A stretch of 64,000 bases of DNA, from NCBI GenBank assembly GCA_045591465.1, contig JAZNSZ010000018.1, forward strand, positions 5,730-69,729, written 5' to 3'. Made by a program: the position numbers and the translations under genes. Shown piece after piece: positions 7,484 to 17,868 of this stretch. The DNA comes from Acutalibacteraceae bacterium. Its GTDB lineage: Bacteria > Bacillota > Clostridia > Oscillospirales > Acutalibacteraceae. The notes beneath the pieces are model-generated. The model was not told where the DNA came from. It searched no databases and saw only the letters and a list, made by a program, of their open reading frames with translations. Position 1 is the first letter of the stretch; the number at the start of each line of letters is the position of its first letter.

Positions 7484-8332
7484 ATGAGATTGGAAAATAT
7501 TAACCCTTTTGTTCGCAGAGCATTTTTTCGCAATGTTGCTCCGGAAGTGAAAATGGTGAAAAATGTAGATTGCAGGTTGTTTTATATATTAGAAGGCAGC
7601 GGTAAAATCACTGTGAATGGCGTTGCTTATGAATTCAATAAGGGCGCTTTGGGAATCTGGAAATCGGGGAGCAAATACTGCTGGGATTTTAAAAAAAGCA
7701 ATAAATGCAAATTGGCAATAATTCACTTTGATTATACTCAAAATCACAGAGAAAAAACTGAAAAACAGATGCTTATAACAGAGCCTTTTTTAGACGAAGA
7801 CTTAATTTTTCATACGGATTCATTGGTCGATTCGGAAATTCTTAATGAACCGATTTTTCTAAATAATATGCACATCTTTAAACCGAAACTGATGAATATA
7901 ATAAACGAGTATGATGAAAAAAGGCTATATTATGGTGAAATGTGTTCGGGAATGCTTAAACAATTCATAATAGAAATAGTTAGATATGTATCAGCTAATG
8001 TTGAAATTCAAACAAAAATCGAACCGATTTTAGAGTATATAAGAACACATTACAATGAAGATATTTCAAATGCTTCATTAGGGAAAATGGCCAATTATCA
8101 TCCGCATTATATCAATTCGCTTGCGAAAAAATATATGGGCACAACGCTTCATTCGTATCTTAATGAAATAAGATTGGGAGAGGCGCTTAAACTTATTATA
8201 AATACAAGTGAAAGTATTGAAAATATAGCGTTTCGTGTTGGTTATAAAAATCCCACTCATTTCTGTACTTCGTTTAAGAAAAAAAACGGGTTAAGTCCTG
8301 CGGCATATCGCAAATCATCTAAAATAATTTAA
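7484..8332 (+). CDS. AraC-family transcriptional regulator
   Basis: C-terminal double HTH (IAFRVGYKNPTHFCTSFKKKNGLSPAAYR) and an N-terminal cupin-like region. Confidence 0.85.
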   Translation: MRLENINPFVRRAFFRNVAPEVKMVKNVDCRLFYILEGSGKITVNGVAYEFNKGALGIWKSGSKYCWDFKKSNKCKLAIIHFDYTQNHREKTEKQMLITEPFLDEDLIFHTDSLVDSEILNEPIFLNNMHIFKPKLMNIINEYDEKRLYYGEMCSGMLKQFIIEIVRYVSANVEIQTKIEPILEYIRTHYNEDISNASLGKMANYHPHYINSLAKKYMGTTLHSYLNEIRLGEALKLIINTSESIENIAFRVGYKNPTHFCTSFKKKNGLSPAAYRKSSKII

Positions 8333-8410
8333 AATTCTTTAATTGCATAAAATAAAGCGGCTCCATAACCTTTATAGGAATGAAGCCGCTTTGTGTAAGA
8401 CTTAGTTATA

Positions 8411-8488
8411 AATACCGAAAAATCGAACCATTTGGCCGAAAGAAAGGGATTATATTTTGTTTACGAAGTTATATAAATGTGTTATGAT
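8411..8488 (+). promoter_or_regulatory. hppA promoter region with a conserved upstream module
   Basis: TTTACG (8460-8465), 17-nt spacer, TATGAT (8483-8488) with an extended -10 TG. The upstream block 8411-8465 resembles 15978-16037. Confidence 0.45.
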
Positions 8489-8539
8489 GTAAGTTACAAA
8501 ATAAATCACAAAAATGTAGAAAGGTATAAGGTTTGTTTT

Positions 8540-10651
8540 ATGTTTGAATTTTTTAGTGAAAACTTTGTATTCATATCATTAACAAGTGCACTGGTAGCTT
8601 TGCTATTTGCTTTTTTAACAGCAAAAAGGGTGCTTGGTTTCGATGAGGGAACGGATAAAATGAAAAAAATCTCGGTTTCCATAAGAAAGGGTGCGTCTGC
8701 ATTTCTTAAGAGACAGTACAAAGTTGTTGCGGTATTCTTTTCAGTAATGTTTGTTGTATTGCTCGCTATGTCTTTTGGCGGACTTATAACGCGTTTTGTT
8801 CCATTTGCCTTTGTTTCCGGCGGGGTATTTTCGGCGCTCTCCGGATTTGTTGGTATGAAAATAGCAACATCGGCAAACTGCAGAACTGCCAACGCTTGTG
8901 TTTACTCTTTAAACAAAGGGTTAAAGGTTGCATTTTCTGCGGGTTCTGTAATGGGATTCACCGTTGTAGGTCTTGGACTTCTTGATATATCTCTTTGGAT
9001 ATTCTTACTTAAGTTTGTCTTTAAACTAACCGCTTCCGAGATGACATCTTCGATGCTTATGTTTGGTATGGGTGCTTCTTCGATGGCTTTGTTTGCGCGT
9101 GTGGGCGGCGGTATCTTTACCAAAGCGGCTGACGTTGGCGCAGACTTGGTGGGCAAGGTTGAAATCGGTATCCCTGAAGATGATCCACGTAACCCTGCTG
9201 TTATTGCCGATAATGTAGGTGATAATGTAGGCGACGTAGCAGGTATGGGTGCCGACTTATATGAATCCTATGTAGGTTCAATCATCTCGGCTATGGCACT
9301 TGGCGCTTCAGCATTTAAGGATATGACTTTGGCTGCTATTGCAGTACCTGTTCTTATTGCGGTAGTTGGAATAATGGGCTCTTTGTTAGGTACTTTATTT
9401 GTAAAAACAAAGGAAAACGCAACACAAAAGCAGTTGCTTTCTTCATTGAGTGCCGGTACAAACTGCAGCGCTATTACAGTTGTTTTACTCTCCTTCCCGA
9501 TTGTTTGGTTCATGTTGGGCGGAAAGCAAAACATAGGGCTTTATTTTGCTGTTTTAGTAGGTTTGCTTGGCGGTGTATTGATAGGTAAGATTACCGAGTA
9601 CTATACATCTGATTCTTACAATCCCACAAAGCATCTCGCATCAAAATCAAAAACAGGAAGCGCCACCGTTATCATCGGCGGATTGGGTCTTGGCATGTTT
9701 TCAACCGTAATTCCTGTTGTTATAATCGCGTCTTGTATTTTAATCGCTTTCTTCGTATCGGGCGGTGCTAACGGTGCTTCGCGCGGACTTTACGGAATTG
9801 CTCTTTCGGCGGTTGGTATGTTATCTACACTTGGTATAACACTTGCAACCGATGCATACGGTCCTGTTGCAGACAATGCGGGTGGCATTGCGGAAATGGC
9901 AGGGCTTGATAAAGTTGTACGCGAAAGAACCGATGCGCTCGATTCTCTCGGCAACACAACCGCGGCTATAGGAAAAGGTTTTGCTATAGGTTCTGCGGCT
10001 CTTACGGCACTTGCACTCATGGCTTCCTATGTGGATAAAATTAAGGAAGTTGCATTTGCTTCAGGAAAGGAAATTGAGACGGTATTCAATTTGACCGACC
10101 CAACAGTTCTTGCAGGTTTGCTTATAGGCTGTTGCTTACCTTTTGTATTTGCAGCTCTTACTATGGAATCAGTGGGCAAAGCAGCGCAGTCGGTTGTAGT
10201 AGAAGTACGACGCCAGTTTAATGAAATCAAAGGTCTTTTTGAAGGAAAAGCCGACCCCGATTACACTTCGTGCGTAGACCTATGCACAAAGTCGAGTCTT
10301 AATGAAATGGTATTACCGACCATTGTAGCTGTAGCAGTACCTGTTGTTTTGGGTATAGTTTTAGGTTATAAGGGTGTTGTTGGTATGCTCGCCGGCGCTA
10401 CCGCTTGTGGATTTTTGATTGCTATATTTATGTCTAATTCCGGCGGTGCCTGGGACAATGCTAAAAAATACATAGAAACAGGTTACATGGGCGGTAAAGG
10501 CAGTGAATCGCATAAAGCTGCTGTTGTTGGTGATACCGTAGGAGACCCATTTAAAGATACTGCCGGACCTGCTATAAATATCTTGATAAAACTACTCTCG
10601 ATGGTTTCTATCGTGTTTGCCGGTTTAGTTGTTAATTATAGCATTTTTTAA
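8540..10651 (+). CDS. hppA: Membrane-bound ion-translocating pyrophosphatase
   Basis: [29 protein letters not shown] and [14 protein letters not shown] motifs in a polytopic protein. The ATG at 8540 is preferred over the track start at 8477. Confidence 0.9.
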   Translation: MFEFFSENFVFISLTSALVALLFAFLTAKRVLGFDEGTDKMKKISVSIRKGASAFLKRQYKVVAVFFSVMFVVLLAMSFGGLITRFVPFAFVSGGVFSALSGFVGMKIATSANCRTANACVYSLNKGLKVAFSAGSVMGFTVVGLGLLDISLWIFLLKFVFKLTASEMTSSMLMFGMGASSMALFARVGGGIFTKAADVGADLVGKVEIGIPEDDPRNPAVIADNVGDNVGDVAGMGADLYESYVGSIISAMALGASAFKDMTLAAIAVPVLIAVVGIMGSLLGTLFVKTKENATQKQLLSSLSAGTNCSAITVVLLSFPIVWFMLGGKQNIGLYFAVLVGLLGGVLIGKITEYYTSDSYNPTKHLASKSKTGSATVIIGGLGLGMFSTVIPVVIIASCILIAFFVSGGANGASRGLYGIALSAVGMLSTLGITLATDAYGPVADNAGGIAEMAGLDKVVRERTDALDSLGNTTAAIGKGFAIGSAALTALALMASYVDKIKEVAFASGKEIETVFNLTDPTVLAGLLIGCCLPFVFAALTMESVGKAAQSVVVEVRRQFNEIKGLFEGKADPDYTSCVDLCTKSSLNEMVLPTIVAVAVPVVLGIVLGYKGVVGMLAGATACGFLIAIFMSNSGGAWDNAKKYIETGYMGGKGSESHKAAVVGDTVGDPFKDTAGPAINILIKLLSMVSIVFAGLVVNYSIF

Positions 10652-10699
10652 GCATCCACTGTTTTAAAAGACTCTGGTTTTAATAACGGAGATGATATT

Positions 10700-11416
10700 G
10701 TGAGTTTTGCTAAAAGCAATATTTTAAAGAATGAACTCATTTCGAAAAAATCTCTTCGAATAAAATTATTGGGAGATTCTATAACTCATGGTTTTGGCGG
10801 AACAGGTTATTCGCCGACGGATGAGCATATTGTTGATGAGTTTTATCGTAATAACAAGGGCTATTGCTGGGCTAATTCTTTCAGGGACTATATGAAAGAT
10901 AAATTCAATTGCACCGTTATTAACAACGGTTGTTCGGGCACTACGATTGAATTTATTATCGATAATTTTGATATATTAGTTGACGATGAAGATGATTTTA
11001 TAATCTGCACCATAGGAACAAATAACCGTCATTTTTATTTCAGTGCCGGTGAAAAACCCGAACGCGAAGCTTTTGGCACCAATATTTATAACAACATTAT
11101 TAAACTCTACGATAAATTCAAATCTGCAAACAAGCAGGTAGTGTTTATTGCAAATATCCCCGCAGCTGCGGATAGAGAACTTGACAGTGATGAATTTTGG
11201 CGAATATTACATATGGATGATATCAACAATATTTACAAAAAAGCATCCGAAAACTGTGGTTTGCCGCTTATAAGCCTCTATGATCTGTTTTCGCAATATT
11301 GTCAAACGAACAACATAATCGTGGACTCGCTTTTATCTGATGGTTTGCATCCGAACGATGACGGATACGATGTTATGTTTAAGTTGATAACAGAAGCGTT
11401 GGAACTAGAACAGTAA
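10700..11416 (+). CDS. SGNH/GDSL-family hydrolase (esterase), paralog 1
   Basis: Block I LGDSITHG, block II NNGCSG, block III GTNN, block V DGLHPN. GTG start with a GGAG RBS. Confidence 0.8.
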   Translation: MSFAKSNILKNELISKKSLRIKLLGDSITHGFGGTGYSPTDEHIVDEFYRNNKGYCWANSFRDYMKDKFNCTVINNGCSGTTIEFIIDNFDILVDDEDDFIICTIGTNNRHFYFSAGEKPEREAFGTNIYNNIIKLYDKFKSANKQVVFIANIPAAADRELDSDEFWRILHMDDINNIYKKASENCGLPLISLYDLFSQYCQTNNIIVDSLLSDGLHPNDDGYDVMFKLITEALELEQ

Positions 11417-11460
11417 GCCTTAATTATGTACTGTTATAAAATTATAGGAGATAAATAGGT

Positions 11461-13638
11461 ATGGATATAAAGAAGTGGAGCATAGAAGAAACTAGTTTTC
11501 TTAAGGAAAACATAGAAATAAACGGAAGCCGTTTTTTAATAGGAAACGGTTATATGGGTTACCGCGGAACATTAGAAGAATTTGGTAAAGAGCAGTTGGT
11601 ATCGCTTAATATGGCGGGATTGTTCGACAAAAACGGCGATAATTGGAGAGAGTCGGTTAACGCTCCCAACCCCTTTTATATAAACGTGTTGGCAAATGGC
11701 ACTGAACTTAGTGTGCTTAGTTGTGATGTTGTTTCGCATTCTCAGGTTTTGGATATTAGTTGCGGACTTCACACAAGAAAAACAGTTTTCAATGTGGACG
11801 GCGCAAATGTAACTGTCGAAGCAGAGCGCTTTTTGAGTCTCGACAATGAACATATTGCCGCAATTAAATACAAAATTTCTTCCGATAAAGATGCAAAAAT
11901 TTCTGTTATCACAAAGCCTGATACAGATGTTTGGAATATCAGTGGTGAGCATTTTAAAGTACTTAACGAGACCACTAATCAAGGTATTACAACACTTGAT
12001 ATTGAGACTCTTGAAACCAAAACACCTATGCGGGTTTTAGAGTATGTAAAGTGCAAAGAGAATTTAATTGCATTCGATATTACTGCAAATAGTGAAGTTG
12101 TTTTTGAAAAACTTACAGGTGTTTATTGGGGCGATTTGTGCGCCGATGCTACAAGTGACTTTAAAAACGCTATTTCTAATGATTATGATACTTTGCTTTC
12201 TAAGCAAAAGGAATGCTGGGCAAAGTTCTGGGATACATCCGATGTTGTAATTGAGGGTGATGAGGAAGCGCAGTTTGCTTTGCGTTACAGTTTGTATCAC
12301 CTTAATTCGATTGTTCCGCGCAACACCGATAAATGCGGTATTCCTGCGCGTGGACTTTCGGGTCAGGTATATAAGGGAGCGGCTTTTTGGGACACCGAAA
12401 TGTTTATGATGCCGTTCTTCTCCTTTACCGATAAAAAACTTTGCGAAAACCTTGTAAAATATCGTGTTAACACCCTTGATGGCGCTAAAAGAAAGGCGAA
12501 AGAATTCGGTTTTGAAGGCGCATTTTATGCTTGGGAATGTCAAGAAACAGGTGACGATGCTTGTACACTTTTCAATGTTACCGATATTATTACAAATCGT
12601 CCTTTGAGAACGCATTTTAAGGATGGACAAATACATATAAGTGCCGATATGGTTTACGGATTATGGAATTATTGTATAGTAAATGACGACTATTCCATTT
12701 TGGGTGAGGGCGGCATGCAGATGATATATGAGTGCCTGTATTTTTATTATAGCCACTCTGTGTTTAAGCCGCTTAAAAACCGCTTTGAGCTTCATAGCGT
12801 TGTAGGCCCTGACGAATATCACGAATTAGTTAATAACAATGCATTTACAAACAAAGTGGTACAATGCACTGCTAAAATTTTCGTTAAAGCGCTTGAGTAT
12901 ATGAAGCAAAATATGAACGGTAAATACCAAGAATTTATCGAGAATAATGATGTTTCTTGGGTTGCAGATTTTGTAGGAAAACTTTATGTTCCGCAACCTA
13001 ATGAAAATGGCGTTATAGAGCAGTTTGACGGCTATTTTGGTCTTGAAGATATAAGTCTTCCAAAGCTTAAAGAGCGCATTATTATGCCTAACGAATATTT
13101 GGGCGGTGGTGCCGGTCTTGCGACTACCACAAGAATAATTAAACAAGCAGACGTTATTATGATGCTCAATGTTTTCAGAAACGAATATTCCAAGGAAATC
13201 AAGAAAGCTAACTGGGAGTTTTATGAACCATATACCGAACACGGTTCTTCTTTGAGCGCGTGTGCATACGGTATAGTTGCGGCTCAAATCGGTATGGCTG
13301 ATTGGGCATATAAATACTTCATGAAAACTGCAACAGTAGACCTTACGGGCGACTCGAAACAGTATGTCGGAAACCTTTATATAGGCGGAACACATCCTGC
13401 GGCAAATGGCGGCAGTTGGAATACGGCAATATTCGGGTTTGGCGGCGTAAGTTATACTGATGATGCGCTTGATATTTCACCAAGCCTTCCTGAAAAATGG
13501 AACAAACTTTCCTTTAAGCTTAATTGGAAAGGCGTATGGCTAACAGTGAATGTTACAAAGGATGGAGTAACAGTACAAGCCGAAGGTGATACGAGCGGAA
13601 TAAATGTCACAGTAAACAAAGAAAAATATGTATTTTGA
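11461..13638 (+). CDS. GH65-family glycoside phosphorylase (maltose/kojibiose/nigerose/trehalose phosphorylase type)
   Basis: GNGYMGYRG, LSGQVYKGAAFWDTEMFMMPFF and EQFDGY motifs. 725 aa, immediately followed by pgmB. Confidence 0.85.
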   Translation: MDIKKWSIEETSFLKENIEINGSRFLIGNGYMGYRGTLEEFGKEQLVSLNMAGLFDKNGDNWRESVNAPNPFYINVLANGTELSVLSCDVVSHSQVLDISCGLHTRKTVFNVDGANVTVEAERFLSLDNEHIAAIKYKISSDKDAKISVITKPDTDVWNISGEHFKVLNETTNQGITTLDIETLETKTPMRVLEYVKCKENLIAFDITANSEVVFEKLTGVYWGDLCADATSDFKNAISNDYDTLLSKQKECWAKFWDTSDVVIEGDEEAQFALRYSLYHLNSIVPRNTDKCGIPARGLSGQVYKGAAFWDTEMFMMPFFSFTDKKLCENLVKYRVNTLDGAKRKAKEFGFEGAFYAWECQETGDDACTLFNVTDIITNRPLRTHFKDGQIHISADMVYGLWNYCIVNDDYSILGEGGMQMIYECLYFYYSHSVFKPLKNRFELHSVVGPDEYHELVNNNAFTNKVVQCTAKIFVKALEYMKQNMNGKYQEFIENNDVSWVADFVGKLYVPQPNENGVIEQFDGYFGLEDISLPKLKERIIMPNEYLGGGAGLATTTRIIKQADVIMMLNVFRNEYSKEIKKANWEFYEPYTEHGSSLSACAYGIVAAQIGMADWAYKYFMKTATVDLTGDSKQYVGNLYIGGTHPAANGGSWNTAIFGFGGVSYTDDALDISPSLPEKWNKLSFKLNWKGVWLTVNVTKDGVTVQAEGDTSGINVTVNKEKYVF

Positions 13639-13646
13639 GGTGTAAT

Positions 13647-14267
13647 ATGAAGGGCGCAATATTTGATTTGGACGGCGTAATTGTAGATACTGCCAAATAT
13701 CATTATTTAGCTTGGAAAGAATTGGCTGAGCGACTTGGGTTTTTCTTTTCGGAAGAAGATAATGAACGCCTTAAGGGCGTGAGCCGTATGCGTTCACTTG
13801 AAATTTTGCTTGAAGTGGGCAATATTACTGCTACTGAAGAAGAAAAACTTCAAATGGCGGACGAGAAAAACAAAAGATATGTTGATATGCTTGCTACTTT
13901 AGATAAAAGCGAACTTTTAGAAGGTGCGGAAGAATATCTTAAAAAACTCAAAAGCGAAGGCGTTTTAATATCTTTAGGCTCGGCAAGTAAAAATGCACCG
14001 ATAATATTGGAAAAACTTGGGATTTACGACTTGTTTGATGCTATTGTCGACGGCAATAATGTATCAAAGGCAAAGCCTGACCCCGAAGTATTTTTAAAGG
14101 GCGCCGAGATGTTAAATCTTGACCCTAAAGACTGCTGCGTTTTTGAAGATTCACAAGCGGGTATTGAGGCCGCTCGTGCGGCAGGTTGCTCGGTTATTGC
14201 TATCGATAAATCTCACATTTTAACCGATGCTGACAAATATGTAACCTGTCTGGGTGATTTGTTATAA
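13647..14267 (+). CDS. pgmB: Beta-phosphoglucomutase (HAD superfamily)
   Basis: FDLDGVIVDT nucleophile motif, LKGVSR, SASKNA, KAKPDPEVF and FEDSQAGIEAARAAG motifs. GAGGTG RBS before the ATG at 13647. Confidence 0.85.
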   Translation: MKGAIFDLDGVIVDTAKYHYLAWKELAERLGFFFSEEDNERLKGVSRMRSLEILLEVGNITATEEEKLQMADEKNKRYVDMLATLDKSELLEGAEEYLKKLKSEGVLISLGSASKNAPIILEKLGIYDLFDAIVDGNNVSKAKPDPEVFLKGAEMLNLDPKDCCVFEDSQAGIEAARAAGCSVIAIDKSHILTDADKYVTCLGDLL

Positions 14268-14291
14268 TTATTTTTTTAAGAAGGTATCAAT

Positions 14292-15002
14292 ATGAAATAT
14301 ACTAAAACTGATATTTTGAAAAACGAACTAAATTCCAAGAAACCTTTAAGAATAAAATTGCTTGGTGACTCTATTACTCACGGTTTCGGCGGCACTGATT
14401 ATTCTCCCAACGAGGAACATATTGCGGATAGATTCCACCGCAATAACAAAGGTCATTGCTGGGCCAATTCTTTTAGGGATTATATGAAGGAAAAATATGA
14501 CTGCACCGTTATTAATAATGGTTGTTCCGGCACTAAAGTCGAGTTTATTATTAAGCATTTTGATACCTTGGTAGAAGATTCTGATGATTTTATAATATGC
14601 ACCATCGGAACCAATAATCGTCGACAGTTGTTTACAACCGGCGAAAAGTGCACACGCGAAGCTTTTGGTAAGAGATTTTATAACAATCTCATTAAGGTAT
14701 ATAATATGTGCAAAGAAGCAAATAAAAAGGTTTTATTTGTTGCGAATATACCCGCGGCCGCTTGTAATGAGCAGGATAAAGAAACTTTTTGGCGTATTTT
14801 GTACATGAATGATATAAACGAAATTCATAAAAGGGCTTCCGAAAAATGCGGTTTCCCGCTTATAAGCCTTTACGACCTTTTCACAAAGTATTGCAGTGAC
14901 AATAATGTGACTGTTGAATCTCTTTTGTGCGACGAGGTTCATCCAAATGATGCAGGATATGACGTTATGTTCAACCTGATGGTAGAGGCATTAGAAGTAT
15001 AA
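14292..15002 (+). CDS. SGNH/GDSL-family hydrolase, paralog 2
   Basis: About 65-70 percent aa identity by eye to 10700-11416. All four SGNH blocks are retained (block V is DEVHPN). Confidence 0.8.
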   Translation: MKYTKTDILKNELNSKKPLRIKLLGDSITHGFGGTDYSPNEEHIADRFHRNNKGHCWANSFRDYMKEKYDCTVINNGCSGTKVEFIIKHFDTLVEDSDDFIICTIGTNNRRQLFTTGEKCTREAFGKRFYNNLIKVYNMCKEANKKVLFVANIPAAACNEQDKETFWRILYMNDINEIHKRASEKCGFPLISLYDLFTKYCSDNNVTVESLLCDEVHPNDAGYDVMFNLMVEALEV

Positions 15003-15010
15003 TATAAAAC

Positions 15011-15050
15011 AAAAACACACCTAAAACGTTTGATTTTAGGTGTGTTTTTT
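15011..15050. terminator. Bidirectional terminator between the SGNH paralog and the convergent AraC gene
   Basis: CACACCTAAAA-cgtttga-TTTTAGGTGTG, flanked by A and T runs. Confidence 0.65.
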
Positions 15051-15053
15051 ATT

Positions 15054-15908
15054 TTATTGTTGGTGTTTTTTACGGAATTCGGCAGGAAGTGTATTTGTGT
15101 TCTTTTTAAAAAACAATTCAAACCCGCGCGAAGAAGAAAAACCGCATTTGTATGAGATTTCAGCAATACTCAGTTCTGAAATTTCCAAGTATTTTTTAGC
15201 AGCATTTAGTCGTGTTTCTGCGAGATTTTGGGAAAAAGATTTATTGGTGTATTTAAGCAACAACCTGTTGACATGGGTTTTGCTGTAATTGAGCGTTTGC
15301 GCCAAGTCGTCAATAGTTACATGCCTTGAAAAATTGTCGTAAAAAAAGCGGTCTATCAATACGCGTTGAGTCAAGGTGTCGCTTCTTTCTACGGTGAAAA
15401 AATTGTCCAAAGACTCATGCGGCAAAATTTGTTCGGCTATATAACTTATGATAGTTCCAAAACAGTTTTTAATTCTAAAACTATTGAGTTTGTGATTTTT
15501 GTCGTTAAAGTGAAAATGTATTGACAAAATATTTCTGTATATTTCGTTTTTTGTTTTTTTATCAGGCTTGTAAAGTTGATATAGTTTTTTGTTGTTTAAA
15601 TCGAGTATGTCTCTGAATAAAAAGCGGAATGAAAAACGTTTTAAATTTTCGCTGTACGAAACGATTCTATGTTCAGTATTTGGGAATATAACTAAAATAT
15701 CATGTTCCTTTAATTCGACTTCATCCATACCGCATTGAAGAACAAGGGAGCCACTTTCGATAAAATAAACCTCGAACATTGTATGAAAATGGGAGATACA
15801 TGAATCTTTTTTAATATTTTTTAACATGTTTAAGTAATCTATTCTAGCATCAATAGTAGTGCTGGCTAACTTGAATGTAAACTCAAGATGATCAATCTTC
15901 ATAAGCAT
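15054..15908 (-). CDS. AraC-family transcriptional regulator (cupin + HTH), divergent from the GRE operon
   Basis: C-terminal AraC HTH (IAEISYKCGFSSSRGFELFFKKNTNTLPAEFR) and an N-terminal cupin-like region. Confidence 0.85.
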   Translation of the reverse strand: MLMKIDHLEFTFKLASTTIDARIDYLNMLKNIKKDSCISHFHTMFEVYFIESGSLVLQCGMDEVELKEHDILVIFPNTEHRIVSYSENLKRFSFRFLFRDILDLNNKKLYQLYKPDKKTKNEIYRNILSIHFHFNDKNHKLNSFRIKNCFGTIISYIAEQILPHESLDNFFTVERSDTLTQRVLIDRFFYDNFSRHVTIDDLAQTLNYSKTHVNRLLLKYTNKSFSQNLAETRLNAAKKYLEISELSIAEISYKCGFSSSRGFELFFKKNTNTLPAEFRKKHQQ

Positions 15909-15977
15909 GATTTATACCCCAATTCCCATATATTGTGTATGCTGTAAAACCATTCTACCATACAAAAAAAATAAAAT

Positions 15978-16067
15978 CAATACCAACCGAAAAAACGAAC
16001 CAAATGTTCGTAAAAAGGAGTATATAGTTTGTTTACAAAAAACGTGTATTTGTGGTAGAATTATAAT
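15978..16067 (+). promoter_or_regulatory. Regulatory region of the GRE operon with the palindrome ACGAAC-N5-GTTCGT
   Basis: Palindrome at 15995-16011. TTTACA at 16032-16037 and TATAAT at 16062-16067 are 24 nt apart, so this is not a standalone consensus promoter. The block resembles 8411-8465. Confidence 0.4.
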
Positions 16068-16093
16068 GCAAAAATAGCCTGGGGGGCTTATAC

Positions 16094-17089
16094 ATGTTAG
16101 AAAAATATTTAGCAGACTCGAATATCGTTGGCGCTACCGTGATAGAAACTCTTGATGGCGGATTGATGGCTTCGTATGGCACCGATTCCGGAAAACACTT
16201 TCTTAAAAGTTATGACAAGTTTAGAACTATTGCTGAAAGTTGGATAGTTCCGGTTGGAGGGTCGACCGCATGTGCAAATCTTTTACGTTTAAACGACGGA
16301 AGATTGATGATGGTTGTGCGTGAGGTTAGCGAAAATGAAAAAATAGCCGCAATAGGTGGCGCTAACTTTTACGCGGTGTATTCTGAAGATGACGGTAAGA
16401 CATTCGGTGAGTATCAAAGAATCAACAAAGAAGAAAATTGTTATTACATCATGAACAACCGAATAATAAGAACCCAGACTGGCCGAGTGCTAATTCCTGT
16501 ATGTTACGTTCCCGATAAACACACTGCAAAGGAATACCAAGAGAAAGCAGGTTGTGCAGGTTGTTTTTATAGCGACGACGATTGTAAAACCTGGAATGTC
16601 GGCGAGTGGTTAGAAAATATAAACGTTGACCAATTAGCAGAACCTATGATAGCGCAGGGCAAGGATGGCACCATCCACATGTATGCGCGTACTGGATATG
16701 GCTACTTGTATCGTTCAACTTCGACTGATGACGGCATCACGTGGGAACCTGCTCAAGCTTCAATGCTTCGTTCTCCCTGTGCTCCGTTCTGTATAAATTA
16801 CGATAAATACTCAAATAAATTTTTCGCAATATGGGATAACACTTTCCCCGCTGAAGCTCATGGCGGTCCCAGAACACCGATTTGCTTAGCAGTAAGTGAT
16901 GATTGTGTTAACTGGAAAGTACTTTTCGAACTTGATAACGATCCGTTTTATCAATACGGTTATCCGATGATGTATTTTGATGAGAAAGAAATACTTATAA
17001 CATACTACGAAAACCCCTCAAGAAGATATAACGTAGAAAACCATAAATTGAAAATGAAATTGTTCTCAAGAGAAGAAATTATTCTATGA
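16094..17089 (+). CDS. Cytoplasmic BNR/Asp-box beta-propeller protein (sialidase/GH33-like fold)
   Basis: Four Asp-boxes: SEDDGKTF, SDDDCKTW, STDDGITW, SDDCVNW. C-terminal YGYP...YYE resembles the sialidase Tyr region. No signal peptide and no FRIP motif seen. Confidence 0.7.
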   Translation: MLEKYLADSNIVGATVIETLDGGLMASYGTDSGKHFLKSYDKFRTIAESWIVPVGGSTACANLLRLNDGRLMMVVREVSENEKIAAIGGANFYAVYSEDDGKTFGEYQRINKEENCYYIMNNRIIRTQTGRVLIPVCYVPDKHTAKEYQEKAGCAGCFYSDDDCKTWNVGEWLENINVDQLAEPMIAQGKDGTIHMYARTGYGYLYRSTSTDDGITWEPAQASMLRSPCAPFCINYDKYSNKFFAIWDNTFPAEAHGGPRTPICLAVSDDCVNWKVLFELDNDPFYQYGYPMMYFDEKEILITYYENPSRRYNVENHKLKMKLFSREEIIL

Positions 17090-17868
17090 GTGTTACGGCG
17101 TGTGTAGCTGATATTCAACGCGCTTCTATCCATGACGGACCGGGCATAAGGACGACTGTGTTTTTTAAAGGCTGTCCGCTAAACTGTGCTTGGTGTCATA
17201 ATCCGGAATGCATAAGCAGAGAACCGCAAATACTTTTTTATCCCGAAAAATGTATCGGTTGCGGAATGTGTGATAAAGGATGCTATGCAGGTGCAAGGAT
17301 AGTATGTGGCAAAGAAATGACTGCCGAAGAAATTTTTAAGGAAATTTTGTTAGATAGGGCATATTACTCTACGGACGGCGGTGTTACTTTTTCCGGTGGC
17401 GAACCTATGATACACCCGGAAGTAATAAAAGAGTTGATTTGTCTTTGCAAAAAAGAGAAAATACATACTGCTATTGAAACTTCGCTTATTATTTTCGATG
17501 AGGAAATATTGGGGAATGTAGACTATGTTATGGCTGACTTTAAAATTTGGGATAGCCAAAAGCATAAAAGGTTTACGGGAGTTTCAAATGAAACTATAAA
17601 AGAAAATTTCAAAAAACTTGATTCTTTGAATGTTCCGTTCATCGTTAGAACGCCGATAATTCCCGGCATCAATGATACGGCAGAAGAAATAGAAAATATT
17701 AGAAATTTTATCAAACAATTCAAAAACATTAAAAATTATGAGCTTTTGCCATATCATCCGTTGGGTGTAGAAAAGCAAAAAGCATTGGGAATGGAAAAAA
17801 CCGAATTTTCTATTCCTGACAGAGTTCAAATGGAGGCGTTGCAAAGGTATGCTAACCTACAAGGATAG
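17086..17868 (+). CDS. Glycyl-radical enzyme activating protein (radical SAM)
   Basis: CPLNCAWC (CX3CX2C) near the N-terminus after DGPGIR. One ferredoxin-like CIGCGMCDKGC motif, then GGEP. The start overlaps the upstream stop (ATGA). Confidence 0.9.
   Translation: MSVTACVADIQRASIHDGPGIRTTVFFKGCPLNCAWCHNPECISREPQILFYPEKCIGCGMCDKGCYAGARIVCGKEMTAEEIFKEILLDRAYYSTDGGVTFSGGEPMIHPEVIKELICLCKKEKIHTAIETSLIIFDEEILGNVDYVMADFKIWDSQKHKRFTGVSNETIKENFKKLDSLNVPFIVRTPIIPGINDTAEEIENIRNFIKQFKNIKNYELLPYHPLGVEKQKALGMEKTEFSIPDRVQMEALQRYANLQG

Noticed and set aside
8477-8539. Upstream extensions of track ORFs: 8477 for hppA, 3361 for the cargo gene, 13635 for pgmB, 52085 for yhcH, 62166 for the nucleotidyltransferase, 58429 for lysR, 51058 for the phosphatase, 594 for mob.
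   Set aside because: In each case an internal ATG or TTG has a properly spaced GGAGG-like RBS and gives an N-terminus typical of the family. The extensions have no RBS.
8506-8892. Long antisense or off-frame ORFs in the track. Examples: 8506-8892, 12064-12636, 12826-13395, 18971-19396, 32595-33041, 38704-39159, 51714-52214, 54622-55194 and 55531-56016.
   Set aside because: Each lies entirely inside a much longer ORF with clear family motifs on the other strand or frame. None has an RBS, and their compositions are low-complexity and typical of shadow ORFs.
15995-16011. Possible Gram-positive LexA (Cheo) box, CGAAC...GTTCG.
   Set aside because: The canonical box is CGAAC-N4-GTTCG and this one has a 5-nt spacer. 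The second copy at 8423-8439 is degenerate, and there are no SOS genes nearby. It is reported only as an unassigned palindrome.
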